DNA of 64,000 nucleotides from a bacterium (GCA_021824285.1 JAKAKZ010000002.1:1303-65302); one strand, 5' to 3'; counted from the stretch's first letter, positions 27,249 through 36,950 are shown. Notes: generated from the sequence alone by a model not told the origin. A program made the numbers and translations.

Positions 27249-28455
27249 AAGTCTCACCTCCTTCCATGGCGAGACGCGCGCGCATGTCGGCGAGCGCGTT
27301 CATGTAGCTCACGTACGCCTCATAGGGCGATTCGTAAGGGTTGAAATAAGCGTGCACGTCACCGTCCGCGAACCACTTCGTGCACATGTAATAGAAATGA
27401 TCGGACGTCAGGAGCTTGCCCCAATCGTCGATCAAGGTCGCCCGGCCCGAAGCCTTCACCGGCTGTTCGAGCGCGTAAGCCGCGGCCAAGGCGTCGTCCT
27501 GCAGCGGATTGCCCTTCCAGGCCGACAGGTCGCGCTCTATGTCCGCCCACGACACGTAGTCGGGCACGTCCATTTCGGCGAGCGGCTGGTGCGCGGCCAC
27601 GAGTTCCGAAGGCGTCGCGAAGGAGTTGCCTGGATGGCGCAGGATCTGGTCGGGCAGGTGCCGCAGGAACTCGAAGATGCCCGTGTCCTCCCACTGATGC
27701 TCGCCGAACGTCTCATAGTCCATGAAGAGATTGACGCTCACGCTGTGACTGTCCACGGCATTAACCCAGCTGGCGAACTTGTCGGCCGTAAGGGGCCAAT
27801 CGTTCCAGGCGCGCGACGAGAACCGGAAGGCGATATCGTCCGAAAGGCGGTAATTCTTGAGCAGCAGGCTGATGCGGCGCGTGCCCGCGGGCCGGTAGAC
27901 GAAATTCGGGCTGCGCCAGCCGAGCACGCGATCAGCCCCCTCGGCGATGATGCCCTTAAACCCGAGCGCCTCCGCCTCCTGGGCCACGGCGTTGGAATAA
28001 ATCAGTTCCGTGTTACGGAAGACCTTCGGACGGACGCCGAAATGGCGCCGGACCGCGTCGCGGTGCAGGGCCACCTGGCGGCGGAATTCGTCCCGAGAAA
28101 AAAGGAAGGCCAGCGAATGGTGGTAGGTTTCGCCCAGAACCTCGGCCCGGCCGGTCTTGACGAGCGCCTTAAACGAGGCGAGGACTTCCGGCGCGTAGGC
28201 CGCGGCCTGCTCGAGAAAGGTCCCGGTGAAGGAATAGGAAATGCGGAATTCCGGGTGGCGTTCCAGCAGTTCCGCCATGACGCGGTTCGCCGGCAGGTAG
28301 CACTTGCGCGCCACCTTACGGAAAATCTCGGCGTTGTTCAGGTTGCCCTGCGCCTCGGTCGAAAAATAGTCGTGGTCCTGGCCGATGCGGAAATGCGAAT
28401 ACTGCTTGACCCGGAAGGGCTGGTGCACCTGGAAGTAAAGGCAGATCTTCGGCAT
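27241..28455 (-). CDS. Glycoside hydrolase family 57 (alpha-amylase-like)
   Basis: YFQVHQP, ETYHHSL, FRNTELIY, LSDDIAFRFS, MDYETFGEH and SDHFYYM. Confidence 0.95.
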   Translation of the reverse strand: MPKICLYFQVHQPFRVKQYSHFRIGQDHDYFSTEAQGNLNNAEIFRKVARKCYLPANRVMAELLERHPEFRISYSFTGTFLEQAAAYAPEVLASFKALVKTGRAEVLGETYHHSLAFLFSRDEFRRQVALHRDAVRRHFGVRPKVFRNTELIYSNAVAQEAEALGFKGIIAEGADRVLGWRSPNFVYRPAGTRRISLLLKNYRLSDDIAFRFSSRAWNDWPLTADKFASWVNAVDSHSVSVNLFMDYETFGEHQWEDTGIFEFLRHLPDQILRHPGNSFATPSELVAAHQPLAEMDVPDYVSWADIERDLSAWKGNPLQDDALAAAYALEQPVKASGRATLIDDWGKLLTSDHFYYMCTKWFADGDVHAYFNPYESPYEAYVSYMNALADMRARLAMEGGETYA

Positions 28456-28459
28456 AGGT

Positions 28460-29692
28460 TCATTTGCCGCCGGTGCGGCTGACCACGGAATCGTAGAGGT
28501 TGCGGAGCTTCCGGCCGGTATCGCGCCAACCGCTCCGCTGGGCGTCGCGCCGCCCCTCCTGCCGCAGCGTCTCCTTAAGCGCCGGATAATTCAGGACCGC
28601 CAGGATTTTCGAGGCGGTCGCGTCCACATCCCAAAAATCGGCTTTGAAGCAGTGGCGTATGACCTCGGCTACGCCGGATTGGCGGGAAACCACGGACGGC
28701 AGGCCATGCGACATCGCTTCGAGCGCCGTGAGTCCGAACGGCTCGGAAACCGAGGGCATCAGGTAGACATCGGCCAGGCGATAAGCCGCGGCCAGCTGCC
28801 CATCGCGCAGGAAACCGGCAAAGGCGAACTTCCCGTCGAGACCGGCCTCCCTGACCTCGCGGCGCATCTGTCCTTCCATGTCGCCGGAACCGGCCACGAC
28901 GAAGTGCGTGTCCGGCCGTTCATTGGCGATCCGCCGCGCGACTTTGACGAACCAGTCCGGGCCCTTCTGTAGCGTCAGACGGCCGACGAAAAGCACGATT
29001 TTCTTTTCCGCGGCCTTCAGTTCGGCGATGCAGAACGGGGCTTCAGCCGCGTCCAGCGGCGGCTCTCCCGCATTATGGACCACCGTGACCTTGGCCGGGT
29101 CGACGCCGTAGTGCGAAATGACGGACTGCCGCGTGAATTCGCTGACGCAAATCACCTGATCAGCCGCGTACATGCCGGCCTTCTCGATCTCGTAGACCTC
29201 GCGGTTCGGCTGGCCGTTGCCCGTGCGGTCGAATTCCGTGGCATGCACGTGGACGACGAGCGGCTTACCGGAGACCTCCTTGGCCGCAAGACCTGCCGGA
29301 TAAGTCAGCCAGTCATGCGCGTGGATCACGTCGAAATCGTCGTCTTTGGCGATCTCCGCGGCACGCAGGGCGTACCAGACGACGCGGTCGATCAGGGACG
29401 TGCCGGGAATGGACGGAAAACCGCGCTGCTTGCCGCCGCGTAATCTGACGGCCCGCCAGCGGATCGGGCTGAGATAGGGGTTATATAATGAAGCGGCGTC
29501 GCCAGTGAGCGGGGTGTGCGGGTCGGCGAAACGCACGTCTTTGAGCGCATCGCCGGTATCCATGAGCTGCGGCAGAACGAAAATGACATCAACGCCCTCC
29601 TGCGCGAGACCGGTCACGATGCCTTTGCAGGCCACGCCGAGACCTCCCGAATTGTGGGGCGGAAATTCCCACCCGAACATCAGAACACGCAT
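28460..29692 (-). CDS. GT4 glycosyltransferase (glycogen-synthase-like)
   Basis: FGWEFPPHNSGGLG, IHAHDW, HATEFDR, VGRLTLQKGP and PSVSEPFGLTALEA. Confidence 0.93.
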   Translation of the reverse strand: MRVLMFGWEFPPHNSGGLGVACKGIVTGLAQEGVDVIFVLPQLMDTGDALKDVRFADPHTPLTGDAASLYNPYLSPIRWRAVRLRGGKQRGFPSIPGTSLIDRVVWYALRAAEIAKDDDFDVIHAHDWLTYPAGLAAKEVSGKPLVVHVHATEFDRTGNGQPNREVYEIEKAGMYAADQVICVSEFTRQSVISHYGVDPAKVTVVHNAGEPPLDAAEAPFCIAELKAAEKKIVLFVGRLTLQKGPDWFVKVARRIANERPDTHFVVAGSGDMEGQMRREVREAGLDGKFAFAGFLRDGQLAAAYRLADVYLMPSVSEPFGLTALEAMSHGLPSVVSRQSGVAEVIRHCFKADFWDVDATASKILAVLNYPALKETLRQEGRRDAQRSGWRDTGRKLRNLYDSVVSRTGGK

Positions 29693-29986
29693 TGGTTGAG
29701 TGCGCCGCCCGCCTTAACGCCTGAACAAAATCTCAAGTTATCCACAATAACAGCCCGAGTCATGCGCAGACGAATCGGTCGGCGACCTAATTATATTCCT
29801 ATGGTATAGGCTTGAAAAGAGGCGAACCCGGATGTCGGCAGCCGTCCGCGCGACGGCTGCCGCGCAAATCCCGCAATCCGCTGTTTGCTGGACCGTAAAT
29901 AGATAAAAATCGCGCGCGAAACATCGATTGACTTTCCCCTGCCCGCCGACTAAGCTCGACTCGCGTTCCTTAACTGGGAGAATGGC

Positions 29987-31078
29987 ATGGCCAAAGAGAT
30001 CGAACGGCGTTTCGTCGTCACGGGCATTGATCCGGACGTGCGCCGGTATCCGAGCCACGAGATCGTACAGGGCTACATCGACACCACGCCCGCGCAGAGT
30101 TTCCGGGTGCGGATCATCGACGACGTCCGCGGCAAGTTCACCAATAAGACCGGCGTCGGACTCGTGCGCGAGGAAGAGGAGGACGACTGCTGCCTCAAGG
30201 ACGCGCGCTTCATCATGAAGTGCTGTCCGCACAAGCTCAGCAAGACGCGCCACCTGCGCGAAGGCTGGGAAGTGGACTTCTTCCACGGACCGCTCGCCGG
30301 CCTGGTGCTCGCGGAAAAGGAGATGGCTTCGGTCAATGAGATCGTCCGTCTTCCGCCCTGGATCACCGGCGCGTACGAGGTGACCGAGTCGGTGACCAAC
30401 CAGCATCTGGCCTGGCTCGCCACCGAGCTCGCGTCCCTCGCCGAAGCGCGGCCGGATTCTCCGGTGCGCGACCTGCTGACGAAGCGTCTGCCCCGCATCG
30501 TCTTCACCGGCGGTCCCTGTTCCGGCAAGAGCACCGCGCTCGCCGCCGTGGCCAAGGAGTTCGCCGCGGCCGTGCACTGCGTCCCGGAGGCCGCCACCAT
30601 CGTCATCGCCCAGGTCGGCGCCAAGCCGCCGGTCGGCGATCCGCTCGGCATGCGGCAGTTCCAGCGCACGCTCATGCGCACGCAGGCGAACTTCGAGACC
30701 GTCTCGGAACTCCAAGCCAGCCGCGACCTGAAGCAGGCGATGATCGTGGACCGCGGCACCGTGGACGGCGCCGCCTACCTCGACGGCGATCTCGAACGGT
30801 TCGCGGCTGTCTGCCAGACGACTGTCGCGGCCGAGTACGGCCGCTACGACCTGGTGCTCTGCCTCGAGACGCCGCCGCGCGACGTCTACGACCGGATGGC
30901 GGGCAACAATGCCGCACGGTCCGAGCCCTACGACGCCGCGGCGCTGCTCGGCGCGCGGCTCCAGGACGTCTGGGCCGGACACCCCGGCTTCCGGCTCGTC
31001 CGGAACGGCGCTTCCTGGGAGGAGAAGCTCGACTCCGTGCGGCAGGCAATCTCCGATTTCCTCGCCGGCAAACGATGA
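29987..31078 (+). CDS. CYTH domain fused to NadR/TTD14-type P-loop (AAA_28) domain
   Basis: EIERRF, IVQGY, RVR, KTRH, WEVDFF and LAEKE (CYTH). RIVFTGGPCSGKST, VPEAAT, DRGTVD, YDLV and NNAARSE (TTD14/NadR-like). Confidence 0.85.
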   Translation: MAKEIERRFVVTGIDPDVRRYPSHEIVQGYIDTTPAQSFRVRIIDDVRGKFTNKTGVGLVREEEEDDCCLKDARFIMKCCPHKLSKTRHLREGWEVDFFHGPLAGLVLAEKEMASVNEIVRLPPWITGAYEVTESVTNQHLAWLATELASLAEARPDSPVRDLLTKRLPRIVFTGGPCSGKSTALAAVAKEFAAAVHCVPEAATIVIAQVGAKPPVGDPLGMRQFQRTLMRTQANFETVSELQASRDLKQAMIVDRGTVDGAAYLDGDLERFAAVCQTTVAAEYGRYDLVLCLETPPRDVYDRMAGNNAARSEPYDAAALLGARLQDVWAGHPGFRLVRNGASWEEKLDSVRQAISDFLAGKR

Positions 31079-31133
31079 ACTTGGCGCCCCCGTACGGGGG
31101 CGTTTTTTGTTTCCAAAAGAAAAAGAGGGGCGT

Positions 31134-31799
31134 TCACCCCTCCGCATCGTCGGTGCCGTCGCTGGACGGCGATTTCTGATCACGGCTGACGCCCGGCGAC
31201 ATTCTGGTCACGCCGACGGTGACCGTCATCTGCCCATGCGGCATCGCTGCCGTAGACGTACCGTCGTTCTTTGCGGCCTCGTCGCTGGCCCGGCCCAGGG
31301 CGTCGAGCTTCGGGCGGCTGGCTTCCTCGCGGTGACGGCGATAGGTGTCCGCCCAGCAGCGCGGCTCTTCGTCCGGCTCCATGCGCACACCGTAGAACAG
31401 TTCGATGTCGGCGTTGAAGGCCGCGGCCATCTCAAACATCTTCCAGTGCACGGCCCGGTAGCCACGCCGCACGTACTCGCGCTCCCAGAAGGTCCAAGAG
31501 TCGAGCAGCCGGTCAAAGCCGATGCCTTCGCCCATACAGGGCACGAAGCTCTCCGCATAGCCGAACCGAAGTCCGGCATGGATGTAACGCTTCAGCACGA
31601 AGCTGTCGGAAGCGAGCCGCACCAGCCGGGCCGCCAGGCCGAATCGACGGTCGTCCGTCCCGTCGCGCTCCGGCCCTTCGTGCCACCAGGCGACGATGAG
31701 CAGCAGCAGGATAGTGGCCGCGGACAGGACGGACAGCGCCAGCAACACCTCAAAGACGGCTTTGGCCATTGCCGAATAATAAAGAGCGGTGATGTCCAT
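31134..31799 (-). CDS. Hypothetical membrane-anchored protein
   Basis: N-terminal TM segment, RBS GGGAG and promoter TTGACT-17-TAGGGT (31827-31855). Confidence 0.6.
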   Translation of the reverse strand: MDITALYYSAMAKAVFEVLLALSVLSAATILLLLIVAWWHEGPERDGTDDRRFGLAARLVRLASDSFVLKRYIHAGLRFGYAESFVPCMGEGIGFDRLLDSWTFWEREYVRRGYRAVHWKMFEMAAAFNADIELFYGVRMEPDEEPRCWADTYRRHREEASRPKLDALGRASDEAAKNDGTSTAAMPHGQMTVTVGVTRMSPGVSRDQKSPSSDGTDDAEG

Positions 31800-31959
31800 G
31801 TGTTTTCTCCCGAAAGAGCCGCGCTGACCCTAGCGCTTTCGAAGCGAAAAGTCAATTTGGATGGTTTAACGGTTTAGGGGTCTAAGGGTCTAGAAGTGAA
31901 AGTAATAAAACCGCGCCTGATAAGGGTGCGGTTTTGATGTCTGAACGGCACGGCCCCTA

Positions 31960-32024
31960 AACTTCTTCCCGCCTTTCGGGCGGGACCCCGCCTTCCATGA
32001 AACAAAGTCAAGTGGCGGGGAAAC
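31960..32024 (-). repeat. Dispersed two-hairpin repeat, copy 4
   Basis: Reverse complement reads GTTTCCCCGCCACTTGACTTTGTTTCATGGAAGGCGGGGTCCCGCCCGAAAGGCGGGAAGAAGTT. Confidence 0.85.
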
Positions 32025-32071
32025 CTCTAGACTTCTAAACCCAACGGCCATTCGGCCTCTCCACTTCCGCC

Positions 32072-33445
32072 TCACGGAAACAGTGCCTCCGTCAGCTTGG
32101 CGTGCATGTCGCGGCCAGGAACGAAAGCCAGCTCCGCGGCCGCCGTACGGCTCATGCGGATACGTATCGACCGCACGATACCCTTGCCGCTGCCGTCCAC
32201 ATAGGCCCGTACCGGGCGTTTGACCGGATCAAGCGATTCGATCAGCAGTTCCGCTCCGAAGGGAAGATGCGCTGATTTCCAGCCGGTGGGTTCGGCCACA
32301 TTCGAACCGACGACCAGGAAAGCCCGCGCGTCCGCCGGCAGCGGAGTCGCGCCCATGGCCTTGGCATAGGCCGTGGAACCTACCGCCGTGGACGCGAGCG
32401 CGCCATCGGCGACCAGCCGACCGATACGGACTTCGCCGTCCACGGTCATGCGCAGCCAAGCCGCCTGGCCGCCGGCCCGCTCGACCCAAGCGTCGTTGAT
32501 GGCGTAGTGCTGCGTGATCCGGCCGGACATGTCTTCGGTCTCCACGTACAGCAGCGGCATCAGCTGGACGTCCAGTTCGCGTGCCAGCGCGGACGGGCCG
32601 GAAAGCGCGCCGGGGTCGTTCAGCAGATGGCCGCGGTGGCCCACATTCAGGCCGATGAACGGCAGACGCAGCTTCCAGTGCTGGCGCACGGCGCGGATCA
32701 TCGTGCCGTCGCCGCCGGCCACCAGAACGCAGTTGGCCGCCTCCGGACCGACCGATGCGAACCCGCCGGCCAGCCGGCGGGCCTCCGGATTGAGTTCGTC
32801 GAAGACCGCAAGCGGCCGCGGCTCGGAAAGCGAGAACGGTTTCGGCCGGACCGGGGCCGCCGCGTGATACAGGCCATGGCGGTCGACATAGGAAGCCACC
32901 TCGGGCGTCAGCAGCTCATCGTATCGCGTGCCGCGGAAAATCCGTTCCCGCACTTCGCCGCTGGCGCCGCTCTGTCGTGTGGGTACGAAAAGATGCCGCG
33001 GCGGTAGATCGGCCTCCTCGAGGCCGTAGCCGTCGCGCTGGATGACCGCGAAGTTCAGCTTGCCCCAGAGTTCGCGACCGCCTTCCCAGGAGCCGTGGAC
33101 GAACGACCGTCCCGCACCGCCGCCGCGCAGCATGTCCGTACCGACCGCGTGCCAAACCTCCCCTTCCTGACCGTAACGTTCCTCCAGGATGTGAGTCCGC
33201 GTGAAACGCGCGTGCTCCAGATCGGAATAGTCGACTCGCACCCCGGGCAGACCGCGAAAAGCCAGATCCGCCATCACCGCGCGGTGCAGCGGATCGATGA
33301 GCCCAGGCACCGGGCGGTCCGGCCGCGGTCCGCCCGGCACCACGATGATCTCGTCGAACAGGCGCAACAAAGCCTCCACGGCGGCGCGATGGTGCCGTCC
33401 CGGAGGGTTGAACGTGCCGCTGAAGATGGCCAGTCGCTTGGACAT
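32072..33445 (-). CDS. Fused nicotinate-nucleotide adenylyltransferase-like domain and NAD kinase
   Basis: N-terminal AIFSGTFNPP...GTD...ASGEVR...V.SYV..HGLY (NadD). C-terminal GGDGT, GLNVGHRG, IND and ADG...T..GSTAY (NadK). Confidence 0.88.
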   Translation of the reverse strand: MSKRLAIFSGTFNPPGRHHRAAVEALLRLFDEIIVVPGGPRPDRPVPGLIDPLHRAVMADLAFRGLPGVRVDYSDLEHARFTRTHILEERYGQEGEVWHAVGTDMLRGGGAGRSFVHGSWEGGRELWGKLNFAVIQRDGYGLEEADLPPRHLFVPTRQSGASGEVRERIFRGTRYDELLTPEVASYVDRHGLYHAAAPVRPKPFSLSEPRPLAVFDELNPEARRLAGGFASVGPEAANCVLVAGGDGTMIRAVRQHWKLRLPFIGLNVGHRGHLLNDPGALSGPSALARELDVQLMPLLYVETEDMSGRITQHYAINDAWVERAGGQAAWLRMTVDGEVRIGRLVADGALASTAVGSTAYAKAMGATPLPADARAFLVVGSNVAEPTGWKSAHLPFGAELLIESLDPVKRPVRAYVDGSGKGIVRSIRIRMSRTAAAELAFVPGRDMHAKLTEALFP

Positions 33446-33628
33446 GATTGCGAATCGGGATATCCGATATCAGAGTTCGGAAGGCAGAAAGCGCATATCG
33501 CCGCTGGGAGCGCCGCTGTCCTCCCGCTGAAAAAATATCCTAATCGCAAAACGCCGCAAAAGCAACCAAGGGCCCGCCGATATGCAACATCGATTGTTTG
33601 GTCTCTGATATCCGAATCCGCCCAATAC

Positions 33629-34585
33629 CTACTTCAGCCCGCACCGCGCCTGCACTGCGGCGATATCGCCGGCCGACAGCGCACCGGTCAATCCCTCGTT
33701 CAGGCGGTACATGACGTCCGTCTGATTCTCCGAGTGCTCCAACCCCAAGGCGTGCCCCAGCTCATGCATCAGCACACGGACCAATTGGGTGCGGTCATCG
33801 AACTCGTAGATATCGATATGGTTGCCTTCCGGTGCGCTGACGTACCGGCCCTCCTGGAACTCGCCGCCGCGCTGGCCGACGATGTCGTTGTAAGCGGACG
33901 CGGTCTTATTCAGCTTTGCGCCCAACCGATTTAGTGTGGTCACCATGGCGTTCATCTGGTCGACTTGGGCGTTCAGCTCCAGCGCCCGGGCATTCAGCCC
34001 ATCGGCCAACGTCCGCAGAAACGCCTTCTCCTTGTTGAGCTGCACGAAATCATCCTGCGGCGCGCCGCCTTTGGCGTTCCAGGACGCGACTTCCGCTTCG
34101 TACTGCGACTTGCGGGCCTCGAAGGCGGCGCTGTCGCTGCGGTAGGAAGCCACGGCGGCATCATGGGCCGCCTTCTCCGCGTCATAGCGCGTCTTCAGCA
34201 AATCGTAACTGGACCCGTCATCCTTGAAGGTGATGCCTAAGGACTTCAACTTGTCGGTCGCGGCCTGGCGCTCGTCGTAAATCAGGTTGATCTCCAGCTC
34301 ACCGCCCGCAGCCGGGCGGAACAGCTCCCGACCGGTCGGCCCGTCCCAAGCCCGCACCGCTTCTGCGACGGCAGCCTCAAACTCGCCGCGTCCCAGGCCG
34401 AACCGGCCGTCAAAAGTCGCGACCGAATAGGTAATCGGCTGGGCGCACGGAAAGTAGCGGTCCTGCAGGATGTGCAGGCCGCGCCCGATCGGCAGGCGGT
34501 TGGCGTATGCGAATACGGCGACGGCCGCGAGCAGGGCGACCTCGAAGATGACTGGCAGGTAACGGCTGAAAATATTACGTTCCAT
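33629..34585 (-). CDS. Matrixin-family (M10) metalloprotease with coiled-coil insert
   Basis: HELGHALGLEH followed by the Met-turn DVMY, and an N-terminal TM segment. Confidence 0.88.
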   Translation of the reverse strand: MERNIFSRYLPVIFEVALLAAVAVFAYANRLPIGRGLHILQDRYFPCAQPITYSVATFDGRFGLGRGEFEAAVAEAVRAWDGPTGRELFRPAAGGELEINLIYDERQAATDKLKSLGITFKDDGSSYDLLKTRYDAEKAAHDAAVASYRSDSAAFEARKSQYEAEVASWNAKGGAPQDDFVQLNKEKAFLRTLADGLNARALELNAQVDQMNAMVTTLNRLGAKLNKTASAYNDIVGQRGGEFQEGRYVSAPEGNHIDIYEFDDRTQLVRVLMHELGHALGLEHSENQTDVMYRLNEGLTGALSAGDIAAVQARCGLK

Positions 34586-34597
34586 GGTTTTATTCGA

Positions 34598-36364
34598 TCA
34601 ATGCGGCAATTCTCCGGTCGCGGGCTGCTCGGCGCGGTCGCCGGCCATAGCCGCGTATCTGGCGGCCGAATCGGTGTCCCCCTGACTGCGGGCCAAGGCG
34701 GCCAGTAGCCGGAAGACATCGGCCCGGGCCGCCGGATCCGCCAGGCGGCCGGCGAGCCGCTCAAGAGTCTGGCTGGCCTCGGCTGGTCGGCCGCTGTCCA
34801 GATAACTCGCGGCCAGCGACTTATAGGAAAACAGGAAATTCGGATCGAGTTCCAGGGCCTTGCTGAACGCCGCGACGGCCTTCTCCATCTCGCCGCGCTG
34901 CCGCCACATGGTACCGATGTTGTGGTAGGCCACCGGATTGCCGGGATCCAAGGCGATCGCCCGCTCATAGATCGGCAGGGCCTCATCATAGCGTCTGGCC
35001 TCGTCATAGGCCATACCGAGGTTGTTGAGGACGCGGTAAGACGGTTGGGCGTGCTCCAGAAGCTGATTATAGAACGTTATTGGATCGTGCCACTCGCGGT
35101 TCCGCAGCACGGTACGCGCCGAAAGGAGGGCCAGAAACAGCACGGCCAATCCCACGCCGAGGCGGCGCAGCATCAGCCCGGAAGCCGGCCGCCGGGCGGC
35201 CACCCAGGCGCAAGCGGCCGCGAAACCGCCGGCGACCGCGAAAAACCACCCCAAGAGCGGCGAGTAAAGCCAGTGTTCGTAGAGCAGGGCGCTGTTCGGT
35301 ACGAGCAGGTTGGTGTTCGGCAGGATGCGGATGAAGAACCAGGCGATGCCGAAAGCGGCCTCCGGCAGGCGTTTCCAGGATGCGACGGCCGCGGCAAGCA
35401 GCGCGGCGCAGAGCAGGGCGCCGCCAGCCACGTCCCAGGACCAGAACGACAGGGCCACCGGCACGGCCCGTTCCATGTATAAGGTGACGGGCGCGACGAG
35501 CAGCGCCGCATAGACCGTCATCACCCGGAAGAAGGTGAACAGCCGCACGTGGAAGTTCTCGGTGAAGGGCGTCTCCCGGCCGTAGAGGTTGGTGATGTGG
35601 TTGAAATTCAGGGCCGTGAGCCGCAGCAACGCGTAACCGCCGAGCAGGACCAGGAAGGGCCAGGCCGCGCGGAGGATGTCGATGGCATAATTCTTCAATG
35701 ATTTACCGCGGCCGTTCGCAAACCAGTCGCAGAGCACGATGAGCGCCGGCAGGGCGATGGCCGTCTCCTTGGTGAGCAGCGAAAGCAAGAACAGGAAGAT
35801 CGACCCCCAATAGATCGGATCTTCTGCCTTGGGGTCGCCCTCGTCCCGGTGCCGCAGGAACAGCAGGATGCTGCCGAGCATCAGTAGGATGGCCAGCGGA
35901 TCGCCGCGGCCAGAGACGTAGGTGACGGCTTCGGTCTGGAGCGGATGGACCAGGAAAACGAGGCTGGCAAAGAGCGCCAAGCCGCGCCGCGCGAACAGCC
36001 GATCCAGGAGGGCGTAGGCCAAGATGGCCGCCGCGATATGGATCAGCGTGCTGACGACGTGATAGCCGAACGGCGCCGCGCCCCACAGGTGCCATTCCGT
36101 GGCGTAGAGGATGAGCAGCAGCGGGCGCCAGTAGTTGCTGACCAGGCCAGAGCCGGCGATGAGGTTCTCGCTGAAGAACTTGGGCAGATTCGCCCAGTCG
36201 CGGATGAAGACGTTGTTGAGAATGCCGTCCTGATCGTCCCAAAACAGCTGGTTGCCGAAGGAATTGGCGTACAGCGCCAAACCGAGGACCAAAAAGGCCA
36301 GCGCAACGATACGAAAAGCGAACCGGCGGTCATGCAGAAAACGGTCGCGCAGTGCGGCGAGCAT
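34598..36364 (-). CDS. TMTC-like GT-C membrane protein with C-terminal TPR repeats
   Basis: FWDD, YWRPL, VHPLQTEAVTYVSGR, SLLTKETA and EHWLY, then TPRs (NNLG..Y, AYHNIG). Confidence 0.88.
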   Translation of the reverse strand: MLAALRDRFLHDRRFAFRIVALAFLVLGLALYANSFGNQLFWDDQDGILNNVFIRDWANLPKFFSENLIAGSGLVSNYWRPLLLILYATEWHLWGAAPFGYHVVSTLIHIAAAILAYALLDRLFARRGLALFASLVFLVHPLQTEAVTYVSGRGDPLAILLMLGSILLFLRHRDEGDPKAEDPIYWGSIFLFLLSLLTKETAIALPALIVLCDWFANGRGKSLKNYAIDILRAAWPFLVLLGGYALLRLTALNFNHITNLYGRETPFTENFHVRLFTFFRVMTVYAALLVAPVTLYMERAVPVALSFWSWDVAGGALLCAALLAAAVASWKRLPEAAFGIAWFFIRILPNTNLLVPNSALLYEHWLYSPLLGWFFAVAGGFAAACAWVAARRPASGLMLRRLGVGLAVLFLALLSARTVLRNREWHDPITFYNQLLEHAQPSYRVLNNLGMAYDEARRYDEALPIYERAIALDPGNPVAYHNIGTMWRQRGEMEKAVAAFSKALELDPNFLFSYKSLAASYLDSGRPAEASQTLERLAGRLADPAARADVFRLLAALARSQGDTDSAARYAAMAGDRAEQPATGELPH

Positions 36365-36420
36365 ATATGGGAAGTATACATCGGCAGGGTCTGGGAGTGT
36401 AGGAGCCGGGTTAAGAGGTC

Positions 36421-36445
36421 GAGAGAGAGAGAGAGAGAGAGAGAG
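36421..36445 (+). repeat. (GA)12G microsatellite
   Basis: Read directly from the sequence. It is followed by a partially complementary CGCTCTTTCTCTCTC. Confidence 0.9.
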
Positions 36446-36504
36446 CGTCGTCGCTCTTTCTCTCTCCATCTCCAGATCTTCTCAATATGCTATACTCCAG
36501 CCAT

Positions 36505-36798
36505 ATGCCCCACCAGGAAACGCGGTCGCCGAACCCAGGAGAACGCGACCTGTATATCGCCGGCGAATACAAGAGAAACTACATCATCGTCCAGAAGGAG
36601 ATCCTGCAGGATCTGCCCGACGACGACGCGCGGCTGAAATGGATCGAACGCTATGGCCGGACATTCCACGACCTCGCGGCCGACAACGGCAAGTTCCACG
36701 AGCTGCTGACGGCGGAGAAGCCGGACCTGAAGCAGATCCGCGGCCTCGTCGAACGTACCGCCGACGCCGAGCGGCAGGAGCGCGACCTGCTGCATTGA
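36505..36798 (+). CDS. Hypothetical protein
   Basis: ATG at 36505 just downstream of the extended -10 TGCTATACT (36488-36496). Codon usage is consistent with coding sequence. Confidence 0.6.
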   Translation: MPHQETRSPNPGERDLYIAGEYKRNYIIVQKEILQDLPDDDARLKWIERYGRTFHDLAADNGKFHELLTAEKPDLKQIRGLVERTADAERQERDLLH

Positions 36799-36950
36799 GG
36801 TTGCCGCCCCTTGACCGCGCGGCACGGCTCAGGTTATCATCAGGCGCACGCGCGACTGCCGGCTGACCGCCGCAGGAGACGTGAGAGTCAAAAATTTCTT
36901 CAACCATTAACGCTTCGCGGCCGAACGCCGACGATCGCGGTTCGACGGAA

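Noticed and set aside
29738-29746. Perfect DnaA box TTATCCACA as a possible oriC
   Set aside because: A single box with no cluster, no AT-rich unwinding element and no dnaA or dnaN nearby.
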